Virus record (IMG/VR): IMGVR_UViG_3300008259_002957
From: a virus
Taxonomy: Duplodnaviria; Caudoviricetes
DNA: 64,000 nt
Strand: one strand, 5' to 3'
A program made the translations under genes and the position numbers. Below are positions 31,064 to 40,808 of this stretch, one piece after another. The notes under the pieces were generated by a model that searched no databases, was not told the origin of the DNA, and saw nothing but the letters and a program-made list of their open reading frames with translations. The number at the start of each line of letters is the position of its first letter. Positions within the stretch are counted from its first letter, which is position 1.

Positions 31064-31658
31064 TTTAGATGATGTGGCGTTTTGGATGGATGCTATTAGA
31101 AATGCAGAAAATCAATACAGTGTTCTTGAAAGTTTTTGGAAAGGACAACTAAAAAGTAAGGTGTGGTTAATTGAAAATCTGTCTAAATTAGTTCAAACTC
31201 AAAACAATCGTGTTGTAATCCACGGTGGGTGGAATGGTGTCTTATCTGCACTGCTCTTTAATTCAACAATCGATATAAAACACATTACAAGTTTAGATAT
31301 AGATGTTTCCTGCGAAGAAGTTGCTGCAATGATTAATAAACGATACGAAATAGAAAATCGATTTTGTGCAGTAACAGCAGATATGTCTGTTTATCAGTAT
31401 CAAGAAATTCCGTCTATTGTAATTAACACTAGTACAGAACATATTACTCAAGAACAATATAATACTTGGTTAAGCAATGTTCCCAAAGACACATTAGTTG
31501 TAATACAAAACAACAACTATCATAGTTTACCCGAACATATAAGAACTTTTGATACTGTTGATGACTTTGCTGATTCATCACAGTTAAACAACATACTTTG
31601 TAAAGATGTATTAGAATTGCCTCTTTACAACAGATTTTTAATTATTGGCTACAAATGA
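31053..31658 (+). CDS. Class I SAM-dependent methyltransferase-fold protein (paralog of 62377..63294)
   Basis: VVIHGGWNG; SLDID; VINTSTEH; N-terminal FWKGQLKSKVWL. Confidence 0.6.
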   Translation: MKVDLDDVAFWMDAIRNAENQYSVLESFWKGQLKSKVWLIENLSKLVQTQNNRVVIHGGWNGVLSALLFNSTIDIKHITSLDIDVSCEEVAAMINKRYEIENRFCAVTADMSVYQYQEIPSIVINTSTEHITQEQYNTWLSNVPKDTLVVIQNNNYHSLPEHIRTFDTVDDFADSSQLNNILCKDVLELPLYNRFLIIGYK

Positions 31659-33049
31659 CGTGGTATGAATCAACAAATCCTGAAGTAAAAAAATGGCAAG
31701 ATTTTATCGAAGATCGTGCTACTAAAACTTTTTGTGTGTTGCCTTGGATACATCTTGCCACAAGACCAAATGGCGATATGAGATTGTGTTGTAGTGCAAA
31801 TGCAAGTGGTGCAGGTGTAGACCATACTCTTGGAATTGTAAAGACTGCTACAGGCGAACATTTGAATTTTTCTAACACTACTCCAACGGAGGCATGGAAC
31901 AGTGAATACATGCGCGGTGTTAGAAAAACCATGATGGATGAAAAAATACCAGTTAGTTGCTCTAAATGTTTTTCAGAAGAATCAAAGGGAGTTGCTAGTA
32001 AAAGAATATGGGAAACTGCTACGTGGTTAGAACGTGGTATTGATCCGGTAAATCTTTTAAACGAAACCAAATCAGATGGTCGTGTTCCTAACAAACTAGC
32101 ATATCTTGATTTGCGTTTAGGTCATACTTGCAACATCAAATGCGTGATGTGCAGTCCGCACGACAGTAGTCAATGGGTCAAAGATTGGAAACAATTATTT
32201 CCGCAAATAACTCACGACGTAGTAAAAAATCAACTACAATGGGATAAAGAAAGTTTTGATAACCGATGGCACGAAAATCCGGAGTTTTGGAAACAACTTT
32301 ACAAGCAAATTCCTAATTTAAAAGAAGTTTATTTTGCTGGTGGCGAACCACTTATGATTCGCGAACATAAAAAGTTTATAGAAGAAATAATACGTCAAGG
32401 CTATAACTATGATATCATCTTGCGTTATAACACAAACGGAATATTAGTCGACGAAGAATTAATTGAACTGTGGAAACACTTTAAACTTGTAAAAGTTGGT
32501 GTTAGCATTGATGCAGTAGGTAAACGTAATAACTATATTAGATTTCCTACTGACTGGAGTAAGGTTGAAAAAAATCTGCATATGTTAGATAATACTCCGG
32601 ATAATATTCAGCCATCGATTGCAACAGCCGTACAAATTTTTAATATTAAACATCTTCCAGATTTTATCTATTGGAAACTATCTAGCAATTTTAGAAAAGT
32701 TAATAAACAAGTCAACAACGACATTGAAGTAGGCGGCGGCCTTGTTAATATGCATCTATTATACATTCCTACTTTTTTAAGTATACAAATGTTACCCAAA
32801 GCGGACAAAGATGAGATAAAAGACAGTTTTATGCGGTTTAAAGGTTGGCTTGAAGTTAATCATAATAGCAGTGATTTTTGGCAGGGTAATCCGTACGGAT
32901 GGCGTCGTTGGGAAGGTATGTTAAATCATATGTATGCTGAAGATCAATCACATTTACTTCCGTCATTTAAGGAATACGTAAATAAACTAGATTCAATAAG
33001 AAAAATAAACGCTCGTGAAGTGTTTCCTGAATTAGCACATTTACTATGA
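31655..33049 (+). CDS. Radical SAM protein (type A)
   Basis: FCVLPWIHLATRPNG..RLCC...CSKC; CNIKCVMC; FAGGEP. Confidence 0.9.
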   Translation: MTWYESTNPEVKKWQDFIEDRATKTFCVLPWIHLATRPNGDMRLCCSANASGAGVDHTLGIVKTATGEHLNFSNTTPTEAWNSEYMRGVRKTMMDEKIPVSCSKCFSEESKGVASKRIWETATWLERGIDPVNLLNETKSDGRVPNKLAYLDLRLGHTCNIKCVMCSPHDSSQWVKDWKQLFPQITHDVVKNQLQWDKESFDNRWHENPEFWKQLYKQIPNLKEVYFAGGEPLMIREHKKFIEEIIRQGYNYDIILRYNTNGILVDEELIELWKHFKLVKVGVSIDAVGKRNNYIRFPTDWSKVEKNLHMLDNTPDNIQPSIATAVQIFNIKHLPDFIYWKLSSNFRKVNKQVNNDIEVGGGLVNMHLLYIPTFLSIQMLPKADKDEIKDSFMRFKGWLEVNHNSSDFWQGNPYGWRRWEGMLNHMYAEDQSHLLPSFKEYVNKLDSIRKINAREVFPELAHLL

Positions 33050-34026
33050 TTGTAAAAATAGAAAACAACCAGCAGCCCAACGTATTACGAATAGAGTATA
33101 TGTTAGGAAACACTTGTAATCAAAAATGTAATTATTGCTTTCCAGGCAGTAACGAAGGCGATCATCCGTGGCCCGACTTTGAAACTGTTAAGAAAAATCT
33201 ATCTCATCTATTAGATTATTACAAAAAAAATGGCAAAGAAGTTTTTAATATATTTTTTGTAGGCGGCGAACCAACACTCTGGGACGGTTTTTTGCCACTT
33301 TGCGAATATCTAAAATCAAAATATAAGTGTATACTTGAAATTAGCACCAACGGAACTCGCGGTGTAATATGGTGGACCAAGGCAGGCAGAGTTTTAGACC
33401 ATGTTAATATTAGTGTGCATCATGAATATGCAAGAATACAAAAGATAAAAACCCTAGCAGATTTTTTATATGAACTAGGAGTTTTTGTTAATGTTGATGT
33501 ATTGATGGATCCTGCCGCGTTTGAAAAATGTGTTAAACTAGTTGAAGACTTATCTGATAGTAAATGTGCATGGCCTGTTCTTGCTAAAGTTGTACATTAC
33601 AACGGCGAAAGTCGATATACATCAGAACAACAAAAATACTTTATTGAACCTATAAAAAGATATCCTAGCAAAGAATGGTTTGCTGCAACAGTTAAAAAAC
33701 CCAGGACAGAAGTTTATATTACAAACAACAGCAATACAGTTGTTACTACAACGTCTGACAGTTATCTAACCTTAAACAAACTAAATTATTTCAAAGATTG
33801 GAATTGTAATCTAGGTGTTGATTTGTTAAAAATCTTTTATGATGGCAGAATAACAGGAAACTGTCAACAAAAATTGTTTGGCTCGGATACTTATCACAAC
33901 TTGTACGAGCCAAATTTTGACAAAACATTTTTCCCTGACATTTTACCTGTTGTATGCACAAAGTCTATTTGCGGTTGCAACGGTGAAATAATTTTAAAAA
34001 AGTGGATAAGCAATGATAACCTTTGA
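33046..34026 (+). CDS. Radical SAM protein (type B)
   Basis: CNQKCNYC; FVGGEP; C-terminal FKDWNC...GNC...VCTKSICGC. Confidence 0.9.
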   Translation: MIVKIENNQQPNVLRIEYMLGNTCNQKCNYCFPGSNEGDHPWPDFETVKKNLSHLLDYYKKNGKEVFNIFFVGGEPTLWDGFLPLCEYLKSKYKCILEISTNGTRGVIWWTKAGRVLDHVNISVHHEYARIQKIKTLADFLYELGVFVNVDVLMDPAAFEKCVKLVEDLSDSKCAWPVLAKVVHYNGESRYTSEQQKYFIEPIKRYPSKEWFAATVKKPRTEVYITNNSNTVVTTTSDSYLTLNKLNYFKDWNCNLGVDLLKIFYDGRITGNCQQKLFGSDTYHNLYEPNFDKTFFPDILPVVCTKSICGCNGEIILKKWISNDNL

Positions 34027-35083
34027 AACATTAGAGCCTGTTACTGACGGAATATTTCAAATTGCTTGGGAATCCACTTTAAAATGCAACTTTGATTGTG
34101 CATACTGCGGCGACGGCCACGACAACAGTCAGTCGCATCCTAGCCTTAAAGACAGTTTAAAAACTGTAGATTTTATATTCGATTATGTAGATACTATAAT
34201 GTCTACTAAAACAGATCAATATCGAGAAGCAAATTTAAACATTCAAGGCGGCGAAAGTATTTTTCATCCAAACATTGTTGAAATATTAGAATACATAAAC
34301 AGCAAAAAAAGTCAATACAGTTGGACAATGCGTGTTGCACTAATAACAAACGGTTCTTGTTCAACTGCAAAGTGGATAAAAATTGTACAATACATTGATT
34401 ATGCTACAATGAGTTTTCATGCTTCTTCACACACAAAATTTCATTTGATGTTTAAGTATAATTGTCTTTATTTAAAATCAGTCGGCAAAAATTTTCAAAT
34501 CAATGTTATGATGGATCCTAACTATTGGGATAGATGTGTAAGACTAGTTGATTGGGCAAATCAAAGAACATTTACAGTGCATAAAAGACAAATCGACCAT
34601 CATTGGTTTGATACACGTTTTAACTACACTGACCAACAAGCAGAATATATTACAGGTAAAAAGCCTTCTACAACAACAGAAAAAATTAAAGCAGTTTTTA
34701 CTGGTGGATTTAATTTAGATGCCACAGGTCGTGCTTGTTGCGGCGGTAAAACTTTGTGCTCTAATAGTTGCGATACCACAACTTATGTTAAAGGCAACAA
34801 CTTTAAAGGATGGCATTGTTCAGTTGACCGATTCTTTTTATATATCAGACAAACAACCGGTGAAGTTTTTACAAATAAAGATTGTAGAATGAATTTTGAC
34901 GGGCAAGTTGGCCCTATTGGAAACTTAAAAAATACACAAGCAATCTTGGAAAAAATAAAAAAAGGCACAGATACAATAGTTTGCAAAAAATCTAAATGTT
35001 GGTGTGGACTTTGTGCTCCTAAAGCAGCAACAAAAGAACTGTTTGATGAAATTAATCGTAAGTATGCCAAGACGGTAAACTGA
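34013..35083 (+). CDS. Radical SAM protein (type B', extra Cys insert; paralog of 38045..39097)
   Basis: CNFDCAYC; QGGE; GRACCGGKTLC; FKGWHC...VCKKSKCWCGLCAPKA. Confidence 0.9.
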   Translation: MITFETLEPVTDGIFQIAWESTLKCNFDCAYCGDGHDNSQSHPSLKDSLKTVDFIFDYVDTIMSTKTDQYREANLNIQGGESIFHPNIVEILEYINSKKSQYSWTMRVALITNGSCSTAKWIKIVQYIDYATMSFHASSHTKFHLMFKYNCLYLKSVGKNFQINVMMDPNYWDRCVRLVDWANQRTFTVHKRQIDHHWFDTRFNYTDQQAEYITGKKPSTTTEKIKAVFTGGFNLDATGRACCGGKTLCSNSCDTTTYVKGNNFKGWHCSVDRFFLYIRQTTGEVFTNKDCRMNFDGQVGPIGNLKNTQAILEKIKKGTDTIVCKKSKCWCGLCAPKAATKELFDEINRKYAKTVN

Positions 35084-36263
35084 TAGCATTCCAATCAGTT
35101 AATACTAAATCTTTAGCCATTCCAGATTCCAAACGCCACGGAACAATACCTTCGGCAGCCCGTTGATCAAAATCTAGTACAGCATCAGGCATATTTTTTT
35201 GCATCCAAGATATTAGATAATTTTCTTTTTCTATACGATATTTTAATGGTAACAAAGACGCAGTACCTTCATATGCAAAAATATTACTCATATGAACAAC
35301 TGTTCCTTCTGGATCGGCAGTGTCTATAATTTTTACAAACTGCTCAACATCGTTAATTGCGTCAATGTGATGAAATTCAAAATGATGATAGGGCATGTCT
35401 TTTACACGTTCACGCATTTCATCTAACGCACGTAAATTGTAATCATAAAACTTAATCACAGTTTCGTCTTTGTAACCGTGCAGCATTAATTTGTGAAACC
35501 AGTCTATTCCAGCCGCAGGATGTACAAACTGTGTGATAGGTTTTTTATAAGGTCTTGGAAAATTTAAATTACCTGTATTTTCCTTAAATGTGTGATGTGT
35601 TAAACAATAGTTATATCTATGATAAATCCACGAACTGGTATCAACGTCTCGATATAGATAATGTTTACTGCTTCTTAATTTTTCATCAAACGCACATATT
35701 TCATGTCCGGCCTGTAAACCAGCAGCGATCAAATTCCATCCGCGGTACTTACTTTTGTATACCTGTGTTTTATTAAGTATGTGTTTACGCAATACTATGG
35801 GTAAATAGTCGTCGTGTACGTTTTCAGCAGATCTGTATGGTACTTCCTGCGTATGAGAATCCAGTAATTCAGTTTTACCTACACCGGGTTTACCCAGTTC
35901 TCTGTATTTTTTTAAATTTAAAACATAACATTGATAGTGTAGTCCGTAATAACTGTCGCCCATGTCTATGATATGCGCTAACAAGAAAAAGTCACTGGGT
36001 AAATTATCAAAAAAATCACTACCGTTTATAAATTCTGTTCCGGCACTTATTACTACAGCAACTTTATAGTTGTCAGCAACCTGTTGAAGCATACGGTCTT
36101 CGTTGACGTCAACATAAACATCATAGCCAAATCCTGTACAATTTGTAATTGTATAGTCAGCAGTGTTTTTAACTAGTTCTCGCATCCAAGGTTTGTATTC
36201 ATCAGTATCATCTATAATACAAATACAAATATTAGATTTTGAGTTTTTCCCTTTGTAAAGCAT
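35052..36263 (-). CDS. Hypothetical protein, 403 aa
   Basis: Long ORF in the same unit as the oxygenase upstream; no family recognised. Confidence 0.6.
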   Translation of the reverse strand: MLYKGKNSKSNICICIIDDTDEYKPWMRELVKNTADYTITNCTGFGYDVYVDVNEDRMLQQVADNYKVAVVISAGTEFINGSDFFDNLPSDFFLLAHIIDMGDSYYGLHYQCYVLNLKKYRELGKPGVGKTELLDSHTQEVPYRSAENVHDDYLPIVLRKHILNKTQVYKSKYRGWNLIAAGLQAGHEICAFDEKLRSSKHYLYRDVDTSSWIYHRYNYCLTHHTFKENTGNLNFPRPYKKPITQFVHPAAGIDWFHKLMLHGYKDETVIKFYDYNLRALDEMRERVKDMPYHHFEFHHIDAINDVEQFVKIIDTADPEGTVVHMSNIFAYEGTASLLPLKYRIEKENYLISWMQKNMPDAVLDFDQRAAEGIVPWRLESGMAKDLVLTDWNAISLPSWHTYD

Positions 36264-36990
36264 ATGCTTTCCTATAACTGTCTGCTAATAGTTTGCAATA
36301 ATCCTCTTTGCGATCGCCCACAATGCCGTGAACAATAAGATGTTTACGTTCGTCTGAACTAAAGTTTATAACAGAATGATTTTTCAAGATATTAACTAAA
36401 AATGCTCTGCCGTTGTTAAATGGTACCACACCAGAATCCTCAATAGTCATAAAACAGTTTGGTGGGTGATCTATAGCAATATTAATCGGCAGTGGGTGAT
36501 TCCAAATTTGTCCCCAGTCTATTCCGGACCCTTGATCGTTGTGTGGAGAAATGTATCCTTTGGGACCTAGTTTCATAAATCTTACTCTTGACAAATTTTC
36601 AAAAGGCAACGATTCACAAAACTTTTTTATTTTTGTAGTTTTTTTACCTAAGTAGGTCCATTGATATTCGGGTTCAGACTTATATCCGTATGTGGTCCAG
36701 TGATTGGTTTTTTCAACATCAATGCCGTGAAGTGTGCAACTTGACCATCCTTGATGTGTGCCTTCGCCGGTCTTTTCGTCTCGGTGTGACACGTAACTTG
36801 TTGCAGCATATCTTTCGTCAAACATAAAGTCTAGCGTATCAATATCAAGATCTAGTTGTAACCAGTCTCCGTGACTACCTTGCAACACCCATAATGCAAT
36901 GTCTTCGTCATTCATATTGTCGTTGGGTAACGAATTAAGTTTACAATTATAAATTCTATTTTTTTCAAAAAATAATTCTGCTTCGTTCAT
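36232..36990 (-). CDS. Fe(II)/2OG oxygenase, aspartyl/asparaginyl beta-hydroxylase-like
   Basis: RVRFMKLGPKGYISPHND (HxD)...HSVIN...RKHLIVHG. ATG 36990 chosen because TAAATA lies 4 nt upstream. Confidence 0.8.
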   Translation of the reverse strand: MNEAELFFEKNRIYNCKLNSLPNDNMNDEDIALWVLQGSHGDWLQLDLDIDTLDFMFDERYAATSYVSHRDEKTGEGTHQGWSSCTLHGIDVEKTNHWTTYGYKSEPEYQWTYLGKKTTKIKKFCESLPFENLSRVRFMKLGPKGYISPHNDQGSGIDWGQIWNHPLPINIAIDHPPNCFMTIEDSGVVPFNNGRAFLVNILKNHSVINFSSDERKHLIVHGIVGDRKEDYCKLLADSYRKAYALQREKLKI

Positions 36991-36994
36991 ACTA

Positions 36995-37014
36995 TATTTA
37001 CTGTACAATAAATA
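36995..37014. promoter_or_regulatory. Back-to-back TAAATA pair, each 4-5 nt before an ATG
   Basis: - strand: TAAATA-TAGT-ATG (36990); + strand: TAAATA-TCACT-ATG (37020). Confidence 0.7.
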
Positions 37015-37019
37015 TCACT

Positions 37020-38063
37020 ATGTTTAGATATGATGAACTACAAAGTATTCATTTAGAAATTACAAATAGATGCCAGGCCAGTTGTCCAATGTGCAGTCGA
37101 AATTATAGAGGAAGCATAGATAATCCTTTATTACAAATCTCAGATTGGACCATTGACGACTTTAAAGAAATATTAGATAGCAATACACTAAACATAATTA
37201 AAAAGATTGAATTTTGTGGTAACTTTGGCGATCCATTAATTAATCAAGATTTTCATTTAATGACAGATTATTTAAAAAACTTTAACGTATTTGCTGACAT
37301 ACATACAAACGGAAGTTTACGCAGTCAAGATTTTTGGAAAATCTTACCGCAGCATTTGCCTGATCATAGAGTAGTATTTGGAATTGACGGCTTAGAAGAC
37401 ACACATTCTGTTTATCGTAGAGGAACAGATTTTAGAAAAATTCTTGATAATGCAACTGCTTTTATCGATGCTGGCGGTATAGCAGAATGGAGTTTTATTA
37501 GATTTAAGCATAATGAACATCAAGTAGATCAAGCACGAGACCTTGCAGAAAAAATTGGTTTTGAAAAATTTTATACAAAAGACAGCAGTAGATTTGCCTT
37601 TGAAAAAGAATACATTGTGTTAGATAAAAATGAAAAAACAATTGATCGATTATATCCGCCAGCAATAACAAAAGTTAATTATTTTGATCCAACGGATATT
37701 GTAGCAGTTAGCGAAACAATTCAAAACACTGAAATCGTTTGTTATGCTAAACATAAAAAAGAAATTTATATTGATGCTCACAAGCGTATTATGCCTTGTT
37801 GTTTTTTAGCAGCCATACCATATGATTATGAGAGAACTACTGATAATTTATTTGCAGCAAAACAACACATAAAAAAACAATACAGTGATTTGATTTATGA
37901 CTTAGGTAATACCGACGCTAAACAAGGCATTCAAAAAGTAATTGAATCAAACTCGTTTCAAACTGTATGGCAAAAATATTGGAACATTAAAAAATTATGG
38001 ACCTGTGCTAGAGCATGTGGCAACACATTTAGTAAACCTGTGGATCAAGTTAACAACAAATAG
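37020..38063 (+). CDS. Radical SAM protein (type C, C-terminal twitch-like)
   Basis: HLEITNRCQASCPMC; CGNFGDP; IYIDA...PCC...CARAC. Confidence 0.9.
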   Translation: MFRYDELQSIHLEITNRCQASCPMCSRNYRGSIDNPLLQISDWTIDDFKEILDSNTLNIIKKIEFCGNFGDPLINQDFHLMTDYLKNFNVFADIHTNGSLRSQDFWKILPQHLPDHRVVFGIDGLEDTHSVYRRGTDFRKILDNATAFIDAGGIAEWSFIRFKHNEHQVDQARDLAEKIGFEKFYTKDSSRFAFEKEYIVLDKNEKTIDRLYPPAITKVNYFDPTDIVAVSETIQNTEIVCYAKHKKEIYIDAHKRIMPCCFLAAIPYDYERTTDNLFAAKQHIKKQYSDLIYDLGNTDAKQGIQKVIESNSFQTVWQKYWNIKKLWTCARACGNTFSKPVDQVNNK

Positions 38064-39097
38064 TCCGAATATTCTTTTGCTTTAGGAACACAAACACCAC
38101 AGCCACAACGCTCGTTTGGGCAAACAATTGGTTGAGGATTTTTTAAATAATTTTTAACCATTGATAATATAGCATCAGTATTATCTAAAGTACCGATAGG
38201 TCCTCTTCCTGTAAATTTTGCTTGACAGGTCTGATGATGATACACATTACCAGTATGTTCTTCGATATGAAGGAAGTAATAGTTTACTTTACAAAACCAA
38301 TCTTTAAAATGATTATCTACTATCGAAACTGATTTCCATGTATCTGTTTTACCTACTAGACATCTGCCTCCACAGCAACCTCTTCCTAAACTAGATCCTG
38401 CTAAAACAGCATCGCTGGTTTCTTTGGCAATTCCTTGAGTATTCCAATACCATGCATATTGTTCCGGTGTATATTGGTGCCCAGTTCTGCGTAATACACC
38501 TTCGCTATCTTCAAACCAATCGGTACGTTCTTTAACACCGTCACCGAGTGGAGTTGGTACAGCATTTACTCCTGCACTTTTTAAACGATTGTATGCATCT
38601 ACAGCAATATCCCAGTAGTCTGTGTGCAGCATTACATTGACAGACACCCATAACCCTGCATTGTGTAATGCAATGGCATTTTGTATTGCACGTTCACGTA
38701 ATTTTTCATCTGCTTCGGTGTGCCAACTTACAGTTACTCCGTTGCAATTTTTTAATATAAAATCTGTATGCTTTGGATGCCATGTTCCGTTTGTAGTAAT
38801 GCCTACACCGAAGTTACTGTTTGTTTTAATGTAAGAAATCAAGTCCCAGAAACGTGGATTTACTGTAGGTTCTCCTCCAGTAAAATTTATATTAACTTCT
38901 TTAAAGTCGTAAACCGAGACATATTCTTTTATAAATTCAAATGTCTTTATAAGTTGATTATAGTCTGTAGGCGGGCTATACGTATTGTGTCTAGTGCTTT
39001 CGCAATAACTACAATCAAAATTGCAACGTCTTCCGATATCCCATGTGACTAAAAACGGTTCGGGCTTTGTTAAATTTATAGCGTTTACTTTTTCCAT
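38045..39097 (-). CDS. Radical SAM protein (type B')
   Basis: CNFDCSYC; FTGGEP; GRGCCGGRC; FKDWFC...VCPNERCGCGVCVPKA. ATG 39097 preferred as the start. Confidence 0.9.
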   Translation of the reverse strand: MEKVNAINLTKPEPFLVTWDIGRRCNFDCSYCESTRHNTYSPPTDYNQLIKTFEFIKEYVSVYDFKEVNINFTGGEPTVNPRFWDLISYIKTNSNFGVGITTNGTWHPKHTDFILKNCNGVTVSWHTEADEKLRERAIQNAIALHNAGLWVSVNVMLHTDYWDIAVDAYNRLKSAGVNAVPTPLGDGVKERTDWFEDSEGVLRRTGHQYTPEQYAWYWNTQGIAKETSDAVLAGSSLGRGCCGGRCLVGKTDTWKSVSIVDNHFKDWFCKVNYYFLHIEEHTGNVYHHQTCQAKFTGRGPIGTLDNTDAILSMVKNYLKNPQPIVCPNERCGCGVCVPKAKEYSDYLLLT

Positions 39098-39981
39098 TTT
39101 GTAATGTTTATATCTGCGGCGCAAGTACACCATTCTCTAGTACACGTTATTTCTTCTGTTGGAACAGCAAACTCTTGTTTATAAATGTTACCTAAACTTC
39201 CACCTACTCTACAAGTTGCACGATGTATTTCGCCGTCCCAGTTAATCATTAAACTTTCTAAACCTGCACGACAAATCCAATCTTTAAACTGATTGTTTTT
39301 GTTTACTAACAGATCGTTAACATTGCACTCAATTGTTTTGTCTATTAATGTGTTTGCAGGCGGATTGTGATTTACTGTTTTTAAAAATTCACGTTCATCT
39401 AAACTATAACGACCGGTGTCGTCAAACACATCGTGGGTTTCTGTCCAACGTATAGGACGCAGTGCAAATTTTATTTCGTGCTTTGATAGATATTCGATTG
39501 CATGTTTTGCTTCGTTGAGTTTTCCCGGAAGCATCATAATATGCACAAGAACTTTGTTTTTATAAAACGGAACAGCAGTGCTTAGTATTGTTCCTAGTAC
39601 TCTCTCCCAGTTGTATTCAAAGTGTAAACTAAACACAAGATAGTCAATGTATTCACTACATATATCTCTATAAAAATCTACAGTTCGTGTTCCATTTGTT
39701 GTAACACTAATCCATTTTACACGTCTTTGTGCATAAGAAAGAATTTTTTTAAATTGTGGATGCACAGTAGGTTCACCGCCTGTAAAACTAATACGTGGAT
39801 TTTTCAGTTTTGCAATTTCGTCAATTGCACGTTCTAATACACGCAAGTCTGTGTGTGTTGAACTGTTGTCATGTATTTCGCTGGGACAATAACTACAATC
39901 GTAGTTGCAACGTTTGCCTAGGTTCCATTCTATTTTAATGCTATCTTTATAATGTGGGTATAGATTTTCTACACTGTGCAT
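39085..39981 (-). CDS. Radical SAM protein (type B)
   Basis: CNYDCSYC; FTGGEP; FKDWICRAG...ATC...TCTREWCTC. Confidence 0.9.
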   Translation of the reverse strand: MHSVENLYPHYKDSIKIEWNLGKRCNYDCSYCPSEIHDNSSTHTDLRVLERAIDEIAKLKNPRISFTGGEPTVHPQFKKILSYAQRRVKWISVTTNGTRTVDFYRDICSEYIDYLVFSLHFEYNWERVLGTILSTAVPFYKNKVLVHIMMLPGKLNEAKHAIEYLSKHEIKFALRPIRWTETHDVFDDTGRYSLDEREFLKTVNHNPPANTLIDKTIECNVNDLLVNKNNQFKDWICRAGLESLMINWDGEIHRATCRVGGSLGNIYKQEFAVPTEEITCTREWCTCAADINITKWKK

Positions 39982-40808
39982 TTTATTACCTTATTAAAAT
40001 CTTTTAATTTGTTAATGTCTATTTTTTCTACAATCTTAGCAACTGGAATCATTCCAAGTGCTGCTTTAGATGGATCAACATTTATATTTTTAGAGTTAGC
40101 CCAAATCCAAAATTTGTTCTCTTTATCTATAACAAACTGATCGGGTACATCAATTCCAAACTTTACCATAAAATCAGCACTATATGTACTCTGTGGTCTT
40201 ATAGCATCTTTGCCAACATTTTCGTCGTTGTCTTTAAAAACATCTAACAACGGTTTTCCTACTTCGCAATAGTTTATATAAACAGTTCCAAATTCCCATT
40301 TATGAGTAAAGTACTTATAATGTTCGTTTTTTAAATTATACGTGGGTCTATCTTTGAACGTACATACAATAGTAGGATTTAGATGTGTGCTGTCTTTTTC
40401 ATTTAAATAATTTTCGTATTCGTGAATTAATACATTTAATTTATCAACACTCTGTTGTACATTAACCGGAGCAGTTGCATACCAATCAGTACCGTAAACA
40501 ACATGACCTCTAAGATCTTCAAAATGTTTGTGTAAAATATTTAAAAACGTTTGTTGATTATATTTTTCTAGATCGATAATTTTATCATAACTGTTGATTA
40601 TATCTATGTGATGTTTTAAACTAGATTGATAGTAGTTTTCGTCTTTGTTAGATCCAGGCCATTGTGTAAAGCGATCATTTTCGTATAACAAATATTCTTT
40701 TTTTATTTCATTTGCCCATAGTTGTGCTATATCTGTTTCAAATATTTTAAAAAACAAACTTTTTTTACTTTGATCATTTCCTAAAACCAATTCAAACATA
40801 TGGTGCAT
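39969..40808 (-). CDS. Hypothetical protein, 279 aa
   Basis: ORF coupled between two radical SAM genes; no family recognised. Confidence 0.6.
   Translation of the reverse strand: MHHMFELVLGNDQSKKSLFFKIFETDIAQLWANEIKKEYLLYENDRFTQWPGSNKDENYYQSSLKHHIDIINSYDKIIDLEKYNQQTFLNILHKHFEDLRGHVVYGTDWYATAPVNVQQSVDKLNVLIHEYENYLNEKDSTHLNPTIVCTFKDRPTYNLKNEHYKYFTHKWEFGTVYINYCEVGKPLLDVFKDNDENVGKDAIRPQSTYSADFMVKFGIDVPDQFVIDKENKFWIWANSKNINVDPSKAALGMIPVAKIVEKIDINKLKDFNKVIKCTV

Noticed and set aside
20589-39981. Calling type B radical SAM genes queE, nrdG or moaA
   Set aside because: They share only the generic CxxxCxxC and GGEP motifs; the multi-copy state and extra C-terminal Cys clusters do not fit those single-copy enzymes, so no symbols were given.
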